This document shows positions 27,085 through 37,344 of a stretch of DNA of 64,000 nt, piece by piece. This DNA comes from a bacterium. GTDB taxonomy: Bacteria > UBA8248. Both the position numbers and the translations under genes were made by a program. The DNA lies in assembly GCA_965204535.1 (NCBI GenBank), contig CBDBEV010000001.1, forward strand, positions 640,001-704,000, in the 5' to 3' direction. Under the pieces are notes generated by a model that was not told the origin of the DNA, did no database searches, and saw only the letters and a program-made list of their open reading frames with translations. How positions within the stretch are numbered: position 1 is the first letter of the stretch; every line of letters starts with the position of its first letter.

Positions 27085-28146
27085 ATGGCGAAGCACAGCA
27101 TCGGTTTGATACCGGCGGACGGCATCGGGCCCGAAGTCGTCACCCAGGCGGTGCGCGTCCTGCGCGCGCTGGCGAAGAGCGAGCGGGGTCTCGCGTTTTC
27201 TTTTACGAAATACCCCTGGGGGAGCGATTTTTACCACGAGACGGGCCGGATGTGCCCGGAGAATTTCCTGAACCGCGTGAGAAAACACGACGCGATTCTG
27301 CTCGGTGCCGTGGGCCGGCCCGACATTCCCGACCACATCACGCTCAACCAGCTCCTGCTTCCGCTGCGCCGGGGGTTCGACCTCTACGTCAACATGCGGC
27401 CCATCGTCCTGTACGAAGGGCTGGAATCGCCGCTGCGCGGCTACGAGCCGGGCGACATCGACATGCTCTTCTTCCGCGAGAACACAGAGGGGGAATACAG
27501 CCCCATCGGCGGCAGGCACTACGAGGGGCACCCCTCGCAAATGGCGGCCCAGATAACAGTCTTCACGCGCATGGGTTGTGAGCGGATCATCGAGGCGGCG
27601 TTCGAGGCGTCGCTCAAGCGGAAAAAGCACGTCACGAACGTCACCAAATCGAACGCGCAGGGCCACACGCTGGTGATGTGGGATGAGATTTTCGAGGAGG
27701 TCGCGGCCAGACCCCGCTACAGGAAAGTCGAGACGGCGAAGTATCTCGTCGACGCCGCCGCCCTGGAGTTCGTGAGGAGGCCCGAGCATTTCGACGTCGT
27801 GGTGTCCACGAACCTCTTCGGCGACATCCTGACGGACCTGGGCGCCGCCATCGTCGGCGGGCTGGGGGTCGCCGCGAGCGCCAACACGAATCCCGCCGGC
27901 GACGCGCCCGGCCTGTTCGAGCCCGTGCATGGCTCAGCCCCCGACATCATGGGCAAGGGAATCGCCAACCCGGTGGCCGCGCTCATCTCCGCCGCCCTGA
28001 TGCTCGATTACCTGGGCGAGGAGCGTGCGGCGAAGCGGCTCGACGACGCGGTCCGCGCGCATCTGGCTCACGGGAACCGGACGGCGGACTTAGGCGGCAC
28101 CGGGACGACGCGCTCCGTCGCCACCGACGTCATCAAGAGACTCTAG
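27085..28146 (+). CDS. Tartrate/isopropylmalate-family beta-decarboxylating dehydrogenase
   Basis: DGIGPEV, RENTEGEY, TKSNAQ, NLFGDILTDL, EPVHGSAPDI. Confidence 0.9.
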   Translation: MAKHSIGLIPADGIGPEVVTQAVRVLRALAKSERGLAFSFTKYPWGSDFYHETGRMCPENFLNRVRKHDAILLGAVGRPDIPDHITLNQLLLPLRRGFDLYVNMRPIVLYEGLESPLRGYEPGDIDMLFFRENTEGEYSPIGGRHYEGHPSQMAAQITVFTRMGCERIIEAAFEASLKRKKHVTNVTKSNAQGHTLVMWDEIFEEVAARPRYRKVETAKYLVDAAALEFVRRPEHFDVVVSTNLFGDILTDLGAAIVGGLGVAASANTNPAGDAPGLFEPVHGSAPDIMGKGIANPVAALISAALMLDYLGEERAAKRLDDAVRAHLAHGNRTADLGGTGTTRSVATDVIKRL

Positions 28147-28163
28147 CCTTAAGGAGTGACGCG

Positions 28164-28691
28164 ATGTCCATCGTCACGAGGAGGGGAGACGACGGGAACA
28201 CCGATTTGTGGTTCGCCGACAGGGTTCCCAAGTATCATCCCCAGGTGCAGGCCTACGGCGCGCTCGATGAGGCGAAGGCGGCGCTCGGCCTCGCCCGCTC
28301 GACCGCGCCCGAATGGCTGAAGCCCGAAATCCTCAAAATCCAGAAAGACCTCTACCTTGTGAGCAGCGACCTGGCGACGCTCCGGGGCAAGCTCGGCAGG
28401 CTCAAAGAGCGCGTGGGCGCGGAGCAGGTCGCGTGGGCCGACGCGCAGGTGGCGCGCTATGAAAAGGAGATTCAGATCACCGACTGGGTCATCTCGGGCG
28501 ATTCTCCCTGCGGCGCCGCGCTGGACATGGCGCTCACCATCATCCGCCGGGGCGAGCGATGGTCGGTCAAGCTGCGGGACGAAGGCTACATCGACAACCC
28601 CGAACTGCTCGTCTATCTCAACCGCGTATCGGACCTCCTCTTCCTCATGGCCCGCGCCGTGGACCGGGGCGTGGAAGTGCCCGCTGATTAG
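28164..28691 (+). CDS. PduO-type ATP:cob(I)alamin adenosyltransferase
   Basis: TRRGDDGNT, AYGALDE, IRRGER, YLNRVSDLLF. Confidence 0.9.
   Translation: MSIVTRRGDDGNTDLWFADRVPKYHPQVQAYGALDEAKAALGLARSTAPEWLKPEILKIQKDLYLVSSDLATLRGKLGRLKERVGAEQVAWADAQVARYEKEIQITDWVISGDSPCGAALDMALTIIRRGERWSVKLRDEGYIDNPELLVYLNRVSDLLFLMARAVDRGVEVPAD
28531..28684 (+). repeat. Direct repeat copy 1 (3' 154 bp of the pduO-type gene)
   Basis: 148/154 identical to 30147-30300 by manual alignment. Confidence 0.95.
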
Positions 28692-28754
28692 ATTCGAAAA
28701 ACGCGAAACGCTCTACGGGTTTATTCAGCCTTCGTACTCTGTCTGTAGGACGCT

Positions 28755-29480
28755 ATGCCCAAAAACCAATCTTTATCCCCTCAACGCCTCGATGATGTGA
28801 AGCGGTTTTACGCTTCTCTCTTTACTCTTGAAGAACGTCTCGGAGGAGCGCGGCGATTGTCCGGTTGCTCCGGTCGAATGAAATGGCCGAAGCGCGGAAT
28901 ATATTTTTTTATGGAGGAAGGTGAAGTCCGCACCGAAACCGGGGATGGCCCGCGCATCGTGCGGGTCGGCACGCACGCTCTGAAAGCCGGCTCCAAAACC
29001 AAACTATGGTCGCGCCTGAAACAGCATAAAGGCACAGTTCGATCCGGCGGCGGCAATCACCGGGGCTCGATTTTCAGGCTTATCGTGGGAGCGGCCTTGA
29101 TGCAGAGAGATCGTCTCGATTTTCCCTCCTGGGGCAAGGGCGGCACGGCGCCGCGTGAAGTGAGAAAACTCGAACAACCCTTGGAAAGAAAAGTAAGCAC
29201 GATGATCGGCGACATGTCGTTTCTCTGGCTGGCCATCGAGGACGAGCCGGGTCCCCAAAGCAAGCGCGGATACATCGAAAGGAACGCAATCGCCTTGTTA
29301 AGCAACTATGGCAAGCAACCCGTCGATCCGCCCTCTTCTTCATGGCTTGGTTGTCATTGTGACAGGGAAAAAGTGCGGAACTCGGGCCTCTGGAACTCGA
29401 ACCACGTCGATCAAGACTACGCCCCGGCTTTTCTCGACGAACTGGCGCGCCTGATCGATGAGATGGAGATTCCCGGATGA
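28755..29480 (+). CDS. GIY-YIG-like nuclease (putative)
   Basis: RGIYFF...IVRVG...LWSRLKQH, a later IE and terminal WN, an order matching the GIY-YIG catalytic core. Confidence 0.6.
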   Translation: MPKNQSLSPQRLDDVKRFYASLFTLEERLGGARRLSGCSGRMKWPKRGIYFFMEEGEVRTETGDGPRIVRVGTHALKAGSKTKLWSRLKQHKGTVRSGGGNHRGSIFRLIVGAALMQRDRLDFPSWGKGGTAPREVRKLEQPLERKVSTMIGDMSFLWLAIEDEPGPQSKRGYIERNAIALLSNYGKQPVDPPSSSWLGCHCDREKVRNSGLWNSNHVDQDYAPAFLDELARLIDEMEIPG

Positions 29481-30130
29481 TCGTCGTCATCCAATGCGCC
29501 GCCCGGAAAAATCCCGAAGCCGGACATCTCTGCAAACGAGACGGACGAAAGGTGCTGTTCGTCGCCAACCCCGAAGCGGCGCCGGGTAACGCACACTACT
29601 CCTACGCGCGGCCGGATGATGCTTCCGACGCTGGGAAGCCGTGGCGAACCACCCTCCGTGAATACAATGCCGAACCTCGCGGCAACCCGCACGGCCTTCT
29701 TCCCGCCTGGCGGCTCTATGAAAACCCGGTCTATGAACTCTTGGAGAACCATTGCGGGCCGGAGCGGTTTTATATCCTCTCCGCGGGGTGGGGCTTGATC
29801 CGCTCCGATTTCCTGACACCGGCTTATGACATCACCTTCAGCCCCAGTGCTGATGCGTACAAACGCAGACGCAAGAAAGATTCGTATGACGATTTCAACA
29901 TGCTGCCAGAACAAACAGAGGAAGACATCGTGTTCTTCGGCGGCAAGGACTATGCGGGCCTGTTTTGCGGGTTGACGCAGAACGTCAAAGGGCCGCGATA
30001 CATCTGGTTCAATTCCAAAAGCCCGCCCAAAGCGACTGGCTGCACGCTTCGGCGGTTCCATACGAAGACCAGAACCAACTGGCATTACGAGTGCAGCAAA
30101 GCCTTTATCGAAGGAAATATCCAGGTTTAG
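29477..30130 (+). CDS. DUF6884-like protein (putative)
   Basis: VIQCAARK, PAWRLY, YILSAGWGLI...PAYD, FFGGKDY; ATGA overlap with the nuclease gene. Confidence 0.6.
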   Translation: MIVVIQCAARKNPEAGHLCKRDGRKVLFVANPEAAPGNAHYSYARPDDASDAGKPWRTTLREYNAEPRGNPHGLLPAWRLYENPVYELLENHCGPERFYILSAGWGLIRSDFLTPAYDITFSPSADAYKRRRKKDSYDDFNMLPEQTEEDIVFFGGKDYAGLFCGLTQNVKGPRYIWFNSKSPPKATGCTLRRFHTKTRTNWHYECSKAFIEGNIQV

Positions 30131-30146
30131 ACGAGGACGCCGATTT

Positions 30147-30304
30147 CGCTCACCATCATCCGCCGGGGCGAGCGGTGGTCGGTCAAGCTGCGGGACGAGG
30201 GCTACATCGACAACCCCGACCTGCTCGTATATCTCAACCGCGTATCGGACCTCCTCTTCCTGATGGCCCGCGCCGTGGACAGGGGCGTGGAAGTGCCCGC
30301 CTGA
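30147..30304 (+). pseudogene. Displaced 3' fragment of the pduO-type gene (direct repeat copy 2)
   Basis: Encodes LTIIRRGERWSVKLRDEGYIDNPDLLVYLNRVSDLLFLMARAVDRGVEVPA-stop, with no start codon. Confidence 0.9.
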
Positions 30305-30305
30305 A

Positions 30306-30822
30306 CGGCCTTTGAAAAAGCCCCCTCCTCAGGGGATAAAGGCAACCCCCCCTACCCCCCCTTGACAGGGGGGCAAGAAAAAACAAAACCCCCGCTGTCG
30401 GCGTCTGGTGTTGCCTTTTTATACCCCCCTGACAAGGGGGGGTAGGGGGGGTTGGTTTTGCAGGGACAGGCCCCCGTGCCTGTCCGAGGTCCCCACGAGG
30501 CAGTGCGGTTTTGTTCGTCATTCCGGCAATCAATGCCGACCGAGGAGGGAGGGATTGCCCGGAATCCAGGGACTTTGTTTTTGAATTTGCCTTTTCGCTT
30601 AATCGTTTTTCTTGGCCTTTCTGTGATTCGGTATCCCCGTCTGCTCTGGATTCCGGCATGCGCCGGAATGACGAACCAAGGCGGATGACGTGTGTGCCTG
30701 TAGGGGTCGTTCGCGAACGACCCCTACGATCAGGTTGACGAACAACCAGAACCGGGCGGACACACGGGTCCGCCCCTAGGGAAACCCGTTCCCTGCTTCC
30801 GGGGATTTTTCCAACAGCCCCC
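30306..30822. repeat. REP/MITE cluster D
   Basis: C7TTGACAG6 pair, GTCATTCCGGC...GGAATCC pair, GTAGGGGTCGTTCGCGAACGACCCCTAC palindrome, right end TTTTCCAACAGCCCCC. Confidence 0.85.
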
Positions 30823-30869
30823 TGATCCGCGTTGCAGTTCGTTATCTTTCCAGAAACGTCCGGGAGAAC

Positions 30870-31916
30870 TTACGCGAGGTAGTAGTCGCTGATGGCTTCG
30901 AGGGCCACCTTGATGGCCGCCGCGAGCGGAACGGCGAGGAGGATTCCCGCGAAGCCCATCAACTCGCCCCCTATCATGATGGCCGCGAGCACCACCACGG
31001 GATGAAGCCCGATTCGGTTGCCCAGGATGCGGGGAACGAGCGCCATGCCCGCGATGGGCGATATGACTCCGAACACGGCCAGCGTCCCCAGCGGGTGGAG
31101 CCAGTCCTGATGCGCGAGCCCCGAGAGCAGCAGTGCGATCGGCAGGGCCACTATCCATTCCACATAGGGGAACATGCAGGCGATACCCGTGAAGATGCCC
31201 ATCACCAGCCACAGCGGCATCTCCACGATGAAGAAGCCCAGCACGTAAAAGGCGGAGAGGATGCAGGCGATCAGCAGTTGCCCCTTGATGAACGAACCGA
31301 GGAGCTCGTCGAGACGGAAGACCCTTTTCTCCACCTCTTTGCGGTAATCGCGGTGCACGTAGGCGAAAAACCCCGCCCATAGCTCTTTCCAGTCCCTCAG
31401 GATATAGAAGGTCATGACGGGGATGAGGACGAGATAGACGATACCGATGGCGATGGAAAAAATGCCGCTGGTCGTTCTCAGCAGAAACCTGAGCGCGGTA
31501 ACGGGAAACTGTCCCAGGAGGGAGAGGTTTTCGGTGAAGTATTTCTTGAGTTCGGCGGTCTGGGGGAGTTCGAACCTGTCGAGCGTGGCGATGAGCCACG
31601 ATTGGGCGACGGTGATGTAGCCGGGAAGTTGTTGGGCGAACGCCCTCACCTGCTCCTGCACCACGGGTGATATGCTGACCCACAGGATGAACAGTCCCAG
31701 TCCCAGCCCCAGCAGGGGAATCAGGACGGCGAGGGGGCGCGGTATCTTCCATCTCTCCAGCTTATCGACCAGCGGCTGGAGCAGATAGGCGAGGATGAAC
31801 GAAGCCGCCAGGGGGACCAGCGCCGCCCGGGCGCTCACCAGGAGCCAGACGGCGGCGATGAGTATGAGAATGAGCCAGATTCTCTTCCACGTGAGGATTT
31901 GGGATGGGTTGTCCAT
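30870..31916 (-). CDS. AI-2E family (PerM-like) transporter
   Basis: LAYLLQPLVDKLE, FIKGQLL, PRILG..IGLHP, GILLAVP. Confidence 0.9.
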   Translation of the reverse strand: MDNPSQILTWKRIWLILILIAAVWLLVSARAALVPLAASFILAYLLQPLVDKLERWKIPRPLAVLIPLLGLGLGLFILWVSISPVVQEQVRAFAQQLPGYITVAQSWLIATLDRFELPQTAELKKYFTENLSLLGQFPVTALRFLLRTTSGIFSIAIGIVYLVLIPVMTFYILRDWKELWAGFFAYVHRDYRKEVEKRVFRLDELLGSFIKGQLLIACILSAFYVLGFFIVEMPLWLVMGIFTGIACMFPYVEWIVALPIALLLSGLAHQDWLHPLGTLAVFGVISPIAGMALVPRILGNRIGLHPVVVLAAIMIGGELMGFAGILLAVPLAAAIKVALEAISDYYLA

Positions 31917-31932
31917 GTCGGGTCGCCTGGCC

Positions 31933-32538
31933 TCAGTTCCGGGCCGCGGAGGTGGGTTTTTCCGCCTGATCGTCGTCCGGTTTCTCGTAAATCATCCGGG
32001 TGCCCACGAAGAAGAGATAATGAACCCCCGAGGCGAGCGTCAGCCCACAGGTGATCAGGTAGGTGGACAACAGCACGACGTTCTGCTCCGCCGCCAGCGC
32101 CGCCGCCAGAAGGGCGGCCCCCGCGGTGACCATCTGGGCGGTCGTCGTGGTTTTCCCCAGCATGGATGGAGACGGCGTCTGAAAGCCCACCGTCATGAAC
32201 AGCATCAGGCAGCCGATGGACAGCAGCAAATCCCGGCTCACCACAGAGACGGCCAGCCAGATCGGGATTTGTCCGGAAATCCCCATCATCATATAGGCGG
32301 TGAACATGAGCAGCTTGTCCGCAATGGGGTCGAGCATGGCGCCCAGTTCCGTCATCTCGCCGCGCCGTCTCGCGATATAGCCGTCAACGCCGTCCGCCAC
32401 GCCCGCGATGATGAAGACGGCCAGGGCGATTCCCGGCTTCCTGTAGGCGAGACACATGACGAAAACGGGGATCAGGATAACCCGGACCAGCGTGATCTTG
32501 GTCGCCAGCGTTAATCTGTTTGAAGCAGGTGCGCTCAT
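31933..32538 (-). CDS. CDP-alcohol phosphatidyltransferase (PgsA-like)
   Basis: DGVDGYIAR...G..LDPIADK motif. Confidence 0.9.
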   Translation of the reverse strand: MSAPASNRLTLATKITLVRVILIPVFVMCLAYRKPGIALAVFIIAGVADGVDGYIARRRGEMTELGAMLDPIADKLLMFTAYMMMGISGQIPIWLAVSVVSRDLLLSIGCLMLFMTVGFQTPSPSMLGKTTTTAQMVTAGAALLAAALAAEQNVVLLSTYLITCGLTLASGVHYLFFVGTRMIYEKPDDDQAEKPTSAARN

Positions 32539-32636
32539 CGTTTAAGCGGCCTTTTCCTTCTCTTAAGTGTGTTGCCGCATCATAACACAGGAACCCCGCG
32601 GTTTCCCTCGTCCGGTTTGCTCGTCGAGCGAGTGTT

Positions 32637-33506
32637 TCATGAAGAGGCGGGTTTCCCGGGTTCTCTCGCCTGCTGTTTCGCGGACCCTTTGCGCGCGGCG
32701 CGTTTCGGGTTCGTCCTGGCCTTGGCCCAGCCCGTCCTGGAAGGGGGGCGCCTGGATGTGTTGGGAATGATGTTCGTCATCATTTTCAGCTTTTCGACCT
32801 CATCGCGGGTGAGGGTCCTCACCTTGGCGCCGGGAAGACCCCTGGCCGTGATGCCCCCGTATGCGCGCCGGACGAGCTTGATGACGGGATGCCCCACGGC
32901 CTCGCACATTTTCTTGACCTGGTGCTGCCTGCCCTCTCGGAGTTCGATTCTGAGCCAAGCGTTCTTCTCCGTCTTGCCCCGGACGATCCGCACGCCGGCC
33001 GGCTGGGCGTTTTTACCCCGCCCGCGCATCCACGACCCGTCCGCCATCCGGGCGAGGGCGATCTCGGAGGGCGTGCCCTTCACCTTCGCCTCATATACGC
33101 GGGGTATCCCGTATCTCGGGTGGGCGAGGCGGTTCGCCATCTCGCCGTCGTTGGTGAGTAGCAAGACGCCCTCGACGTCGAAGTCGAGCCTGCCGACGGG
33201 GAATACGCGCCGAAGGCCCTGGGGCAGCAGGTCCGCCACGGTGGGCCTGTCCTTCCCCTCCTCGTCGCGCATGGTGGTGAGCACGTTCTTCGGCTTGTTC
33301 AGCACGAGATAGACGGGCGGCTCCTTTTTGGTGATGAGCTTTCCGTTCACCTTGATGGCATCGGCCAGCGGATCCGCCTTGGCGCCCAGGGTGAGTACGC
33401 GCACTCCGTTCACCTGCACGCAGCCCTCAGTGATCAGGCGCTCCGCCTCCCGGCGCGAGGCGAGACCCGCCTGGGCGATGATTTTCTGGAGCCGGATAGC
33501 GGCCAT
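32637..33506 (-). CDS. rluB: rRNA pseudouridine synthase with S4 domain (RluB/RsuA family)
   Basis: RLQKIIAQAGLASRR, PVGRLDFD, EGRQHQVK. Confidence 0.85.
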   Translation of the reverse strand: MAAIRLQKIIAQAGLASRREAERLITEGCVQVNGVRVLTLGAKADPLADAIKVNGKLITKKEPPVYLVLNKPKNVLTTMRDEEGKDRPTVADLLPQGLRRVFPVGRLDFDVEGVLLLTNDGEMANRLAHPRYGIPRVYEAKVKGTPSEIALARMADGSWMRGRGKNAQPAGVRIVRGKTEKNAWLRIELREGRQHQVKKMCEAVGHPVIKLVRRAYGGITARGLPGAKVRTLTRDEVEKLKMMTNIIPNTSRRPPSRTGWAKARTNPKRAARKGSAKQQAREPGKPASS

Positions 33507-33644
33507 TTTTTGTTTTTCTCCCTGGCCCGTTCTACGACAATTACAGGACACGCGATTATAGCCATTCGGGGCCGAACAGGGTAACCTGTCGCGCAAACGC
33601 ATGAACAGGGCGACATCTCACACTCTTTGCGAAGGAGGTCCGTT

Positions 33645-34754
33645 TTGCCGTCTTCTCAAACCATCATCAGCATGACGCCGGCGCACGTTTGCGTGCCGCT
33701 GGAGCGGCCGCTCAAGGTGGCCACGTTCGAGGTGCACGCCGTCGACACCTGCTGCGTCACCCTCCGCACGAAAGAGGGCTTGAAGGGCCACGGCTGGTGC
33801 TTCGCCTTCGGTCCGGAGCGCACCCGCGCGATGATAGCGATGGTGCGCGATCTGTTCGCCAATCTGCTGGGCAAGGACCCGGCGGACACGGATACGAACT
33901 GGGAGGCGATGCGCAAGGCGGTGAGTTTCGTGGGCCGCGACGGCATCAGCGCCCTGGCGATGTCCGCACTCGATACCGCCTGCTGGGACCTGGCGGCCCA
34001 GGCGGCGGGACAGCCGCTATGGAAATATCTCGGCGGCGAGAGGCGCGAGATTCCCTGCTACGCGAGCGAAGGACTCTGGCTGAACCTCTCGATAGACGAA
34101 CTCGTAGAAGAAGCCGCCGCCCTCAAGGCGCGCGGCTTCAGGGCCATGAAGCTCCGCGTGGGAGGCAGGGTGGATGATGACGTAGAGCGGATTCGCGCCG
34201 TGCGCGAGGTGATAGGCGATGAGGTCGCGCTCATGGTGGACGCCAACCAGGCCTGGGACGTGGAAACCGCGATAAGCGCGTGCAGGGCGTTCGAGCCCTT
34301 CGGCCTCTACTGGGTGGAGGAGCCGGTCGATCACGAAGACATCAGGGGGTGTGCTGAGGTCGCGGAGGCCAGCAGCATCCCCATCTGCACCGGGGAGACG
34401 AACTACAACCCGCGCGGGATGCGGCATCTGCTCGTGGCGGGCGCGGCCGATATTCTCATGCCCGACCTCGAGCGCTGCTCCGGCGTCACGGGCTGGCGCC
34501 GCGCGGCGGCGATGGCGAAGGAATTCGGAAAGCCGGTGACCCCGCACCTGTTCCACGAGGTATCGGCGCATCTTCTGAGCGCTGAGGAACACGGCGTCTG
34601 GTGCGAGCACATGCCCTGGTGGGAGTGCATCATCGAGGAGCCGATGGCGTTTCAGGACGGGAATCTGGTGCTCACCGACAAGCCCGGACTCGGGCTGGAA
34701 TGGAAAGAAGAGGCGCTCCGGGAGTTCGCGCCGCCCGCTGGAGGGTCTCTGTAG
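33645..34754 (+). CDS. Mandelate racemase/muconate lactonizing enzyme family
   Basis: ALDTACWDL, MKLRVG, MVDANQ, WVEEP, TGE; GGAGG before TTG at 33645. Confidence 0.88.
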   Translation: MPSSQTIISMTPAHVCVPLERPLKVATFEVHAVDTCCVTLRTKEGLKGHGWCFAFGPERTRAMIAMVRDLFANLLGKDPADTDTNWEAMRKAVSFVGRDGISALAMSALDTACWDLAAQAAGQPLWKYLGGERREIPCYASEGLWLNLSIDELVEEAAALKARGFRAMKLRVGGRVDDDVERIRAVREVIGDEVALMVDANQAWDVETAISACRAFEPFGLYWVEEPVDHEDIRGCAEVAEASSIPICTGETNYNPRGMRHLLVAGAADILMPDLERCSGVTGWRRAAAMAKEFGKPVTPHLFHEVSAHLLSAEEHGVWCEHMPWWECIIEEPMAFQDGNLVLTDKPGLGLEWKEEALREFAPPAGGSL

Positions 34755-36088
34755 TGGGAGGGACGCTCCTGCGCGGGGGGAGCATCCTCACGCTCGACCC
34801 CGTACTCGGCGATATTGAAGGCGGCGACCTGCTCATCGAGGACGATGAGATAAGAGACGTCGGCCGGAGCGTCCATGCGCCCGAGGCCGAGGAGGTGGAT
34901 GCGAGCGATTTCATCGTCATGCCCGGTTTCGTGAACGCCCACCAGCATACATGGCAGACGGGCATCCGCGGGGTGGCGGGCGACTGGACGCTGGTGGAGT
35001 ACATCCGGCAGATGCACGAGGGTTTCGGCCCGAGGTTCGGGCCTGAGGATATTTATCTCGCGAACCTCGTCGGCGCGCTCAACCAGCTAAGCGGCGGCGT
35101 CACGACGCTGTTCGACTGGTGTCACAACAACCCCACGCCCGAGCATACCGATGCGGGCCTCGACGGCCTGGAGGAAGCGGGGGTTCGCGCCGTTTTCGGC
35201 CACGGAACGCCCAAGCCCAGGATTGCGGAGGGCGAGACGCCGCTCAGCCACAGGCCGCATCCACCAGAGGAAGTCAGACGCCTGCGCTCGGGGCGGCTGG
35301 CTTCGGATGGCGGTCTCATCAAACTGGCCCTGGCCACGAGAGGCCCCGATCTCTCTACGCTCGAGATGTGTGTGCACGATATCTGCCTGGCCCGCGAATA
35401 CGATCTGCTCTGGAGCGCGCACATCGGCGGCGGGTTCCACCGGGTGACGCCCGACGGGATACGGCGGTTGGCGCGCAAGGGGCTTCTGGGGCCCGATTTC
35501 AACGCCGTGCACGCGAACCAGTTGAGCGGGGAGGAGTTGCGGATACTCGTCGATTCGGGCTGCTCGCTTACCTCCTGCCCCGAGGTGGAGATGCAGATGG
35601 GCCACGGCGAGCCCGTCATCGGGCGCGTGCTGGCGCTGGGCGGCAGGCCGACGCTGGGGATCGACGTGGAATCGAACATCAGCGGCGACATGTTCACCAT
35701 GATGCGGGCGGGGCTCCAGTTCGCCCGCGCGCAGGAGAACCAGAAGGTGCTCGACGGGCGAACCTCCCCGGCGCAAATCGCGGTTCCGGCGAGGCGCGCG
35801 CTGGAGTGGGCGACGATAGACGGCGCCAACGCCCTGGGGCTCGGGTACAAGGCGGGCACGCTCAAGCCCGGCAAGCAGGCGGACGTCGTCCTGATCAGAA
35901 AGAGCGACCTGAACCTCTTCCCCGTGAACGACCCGCTCGAAACGGTCGTCTTTCAGGCGTCGTTCGCCAACGTGGACACGGTGTTCGTGGCCGGAAAGGT
36001 CGTGAAGAAAAACGGTGAACTGCTCTACCCCCGCCTGCGGGAGAAGATGGAGGCGTTGGCGGAATCGGGGAGGAGATTGCTACACTAG
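34754..36088 (+). CDS. Amidohydrolase-family (deaminase-like) protein
   Basis: MPGFVNAHQHTWQ, AVHAN, CPEVEMQMGHG, LGIDVE, PGKQAD. Confidence 0.88.
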   Translation: MGGTLLRGGSILTLDPVLGDIEGGDLLIEDDEIRDVGRSVHAPEAEEVDASDFIVMPGFVNAHQHTWQTGIRGVAGDWTLVEYIRQMHEGFGPRFGPEDIYLANLVGALNQLSGGVTTLFDWCHNNPTPEHTDAGLDGLEEAGVRAVFGHGTPKPRIAEGETPLSHRPHPPEEVRRLRSGRLASDGGLIKLALATRGPDLSTLEMCVHDICLAREYDLLWSAHIGGGFHRVTPDGIRRLARKGLLGPDFNAVHANQLSGEELRILVDSGCSLTSCPEVEMQMGHGEPVIGRVLALGGRPTLGIDVESNISGDMFTMMRAGLQFARAQENQKVLDGRTSPAQIAVPARRALEWATIDGANALGLGYKAGTLKPGKQADVVLIRKSDLNLFPVNDPLETVVFQASFANVDTVFVAGKVVKKNGELLYPRLREKMEALAESGRRLLH

Positions 36089-36141
36089 CGCGCTCATCGT
36101 CATATACCGGTATTCATACACATCAATTATGGAGAGAGAAC

Positions 36142-36882
36142 ATGAGACTGGCGTTTTATTCCGACATTCATGCCCAACTCGCACCTCTGGACGCCGTTCT
36201 GGCGGAAGTCGACAAGCACGACGTGCACTGGGAGATCGTCCCCGGCGATCACGTCATGGGAGGACCCGAGCCGGGTGAGGTGGTGGATCGCCTCCGCTCC
36301 CGGAAAAACTGCCTGCCCATACTGGGGAACTTCGACCGCTGGGTCATCGACCACGTGGATGAGGGGGAAAACGATTTTCCCGCGAGAAACGAGAGTTCGC
36401 GCCTGACGCGCGAGCACCTGACGGATGAGCAACTCGACTGGCTCCGGGGGCTGCCCCGCGAGATGACGATTACGCCAGAACCCGGACACGATCTGCGCAT
36501 CTTCCACGGCTCGCCGGGGAACGACGAGGGCGCGCTTCCGCTCAGGCTTACCGACGACGAGATACTCGAACGACTCGCGGGCGAGAAATCTGAAGTCGTG
36601 GCCTTCGGGCAGTGCCACGGCCCCTACATCCGCCAGGTCGGGAACCAGACGCTCGTGTGCTCCGCTTCCGCCGCGGTGAACTGGGACGGGGACAACCGCC
36701 CCGCCTACGTCCTCCTCGAATACCAGGGGGGCGGGAACTGGGAAGGGGAGGTTCACCGCGTCGAGTATGATTTCGAAGAACAGGCGCGCAAGAACGAGGA
36801 GAGTTGGGACCCCGGCGGGGACAAGCAGGCCCACACGATTCGCACGGGCGAGTTCTGGAACCCCGCCCACATGCCTCACTAA
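36142..36882 (+). CDS. Metallophosphoesterase
   Basis: SDIHA, GDHV, GNFD, FHGSP, FGQCH. Confidence 0.85.
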   Translation: MRLAFYSDIHAQLAPLDAVLAEVDKHDVHWEIVPGDHVMGGPEPGEVVDRLRSRKNCLPILGNFDRWVIDHVDEGENDFPARNESSRLTREHLTDEQLDWLRGLPREMTITPEPGHDLRIFHGSPGNDEGALPLRLTDDEILERLAGEKSEVVAFGQCHGPYIRQVGNQTLVCSASAAVNWDGDNRPAYVLLEYQGGGNWEGEVHRVEYDFEEQARKNEESWDPGGDKQAHTIRTGEFWNPAHMPH

Positions 36883-36883
36883 A

Positions 36884-37344
36884 GGGGGCTGTTGAGAAAG
36901 CCTTTGTCCGACTTTCGAGATCGTTCGCCGTAGGGACAGGTCGCGACCTGTCCGTACAAGAGGTGATGTGGTTTTGTTCGTCATTCCGGCGCATGCCGGA
37001 ATCCAGGCGGACGGGAATGGAAGAAGGCGAAAATCCGGCGCCCGACAGGGACGGCAGGTTTCCCTCCCCCCTGTATTCGCATCGGCTCTGGATTCCGGCA
37101 TGCGCCGGAATGACGGCAATCCCGGTATCACAGGGTTTTTCAACAGCCCCTTGAGGGTCTGGCTTTCCGAGTGGAAAGCCAGACGGTTAGGGGAGTTTTT
37201 TCTGTGGCATATCCCCCCACCGAATCGGCCTTCGTCAAGGCTCGGCCTCTTCGACTCCCCCTCAAGGGGGGAGTGGATTTGAAATTCTCGTCCGTGGAGA
37301 GCGGTCTCCGTTGGGGTCGTATACCGGCTTTTTCAACAACCCTC
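36884..37344. repeat. REP/MITE cluster E (nested or tandem MITEs)
   Basis: GGGGGCTGTTGAGAAA left end, right ends at 37136-37150 and 37329-37343, GTAG REP, GTCATTCCGGCGCATGCCGGAATCC pair, ACTCCCCCTCAAGGGGGGAGT palindrome. Confidence 0.85.
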
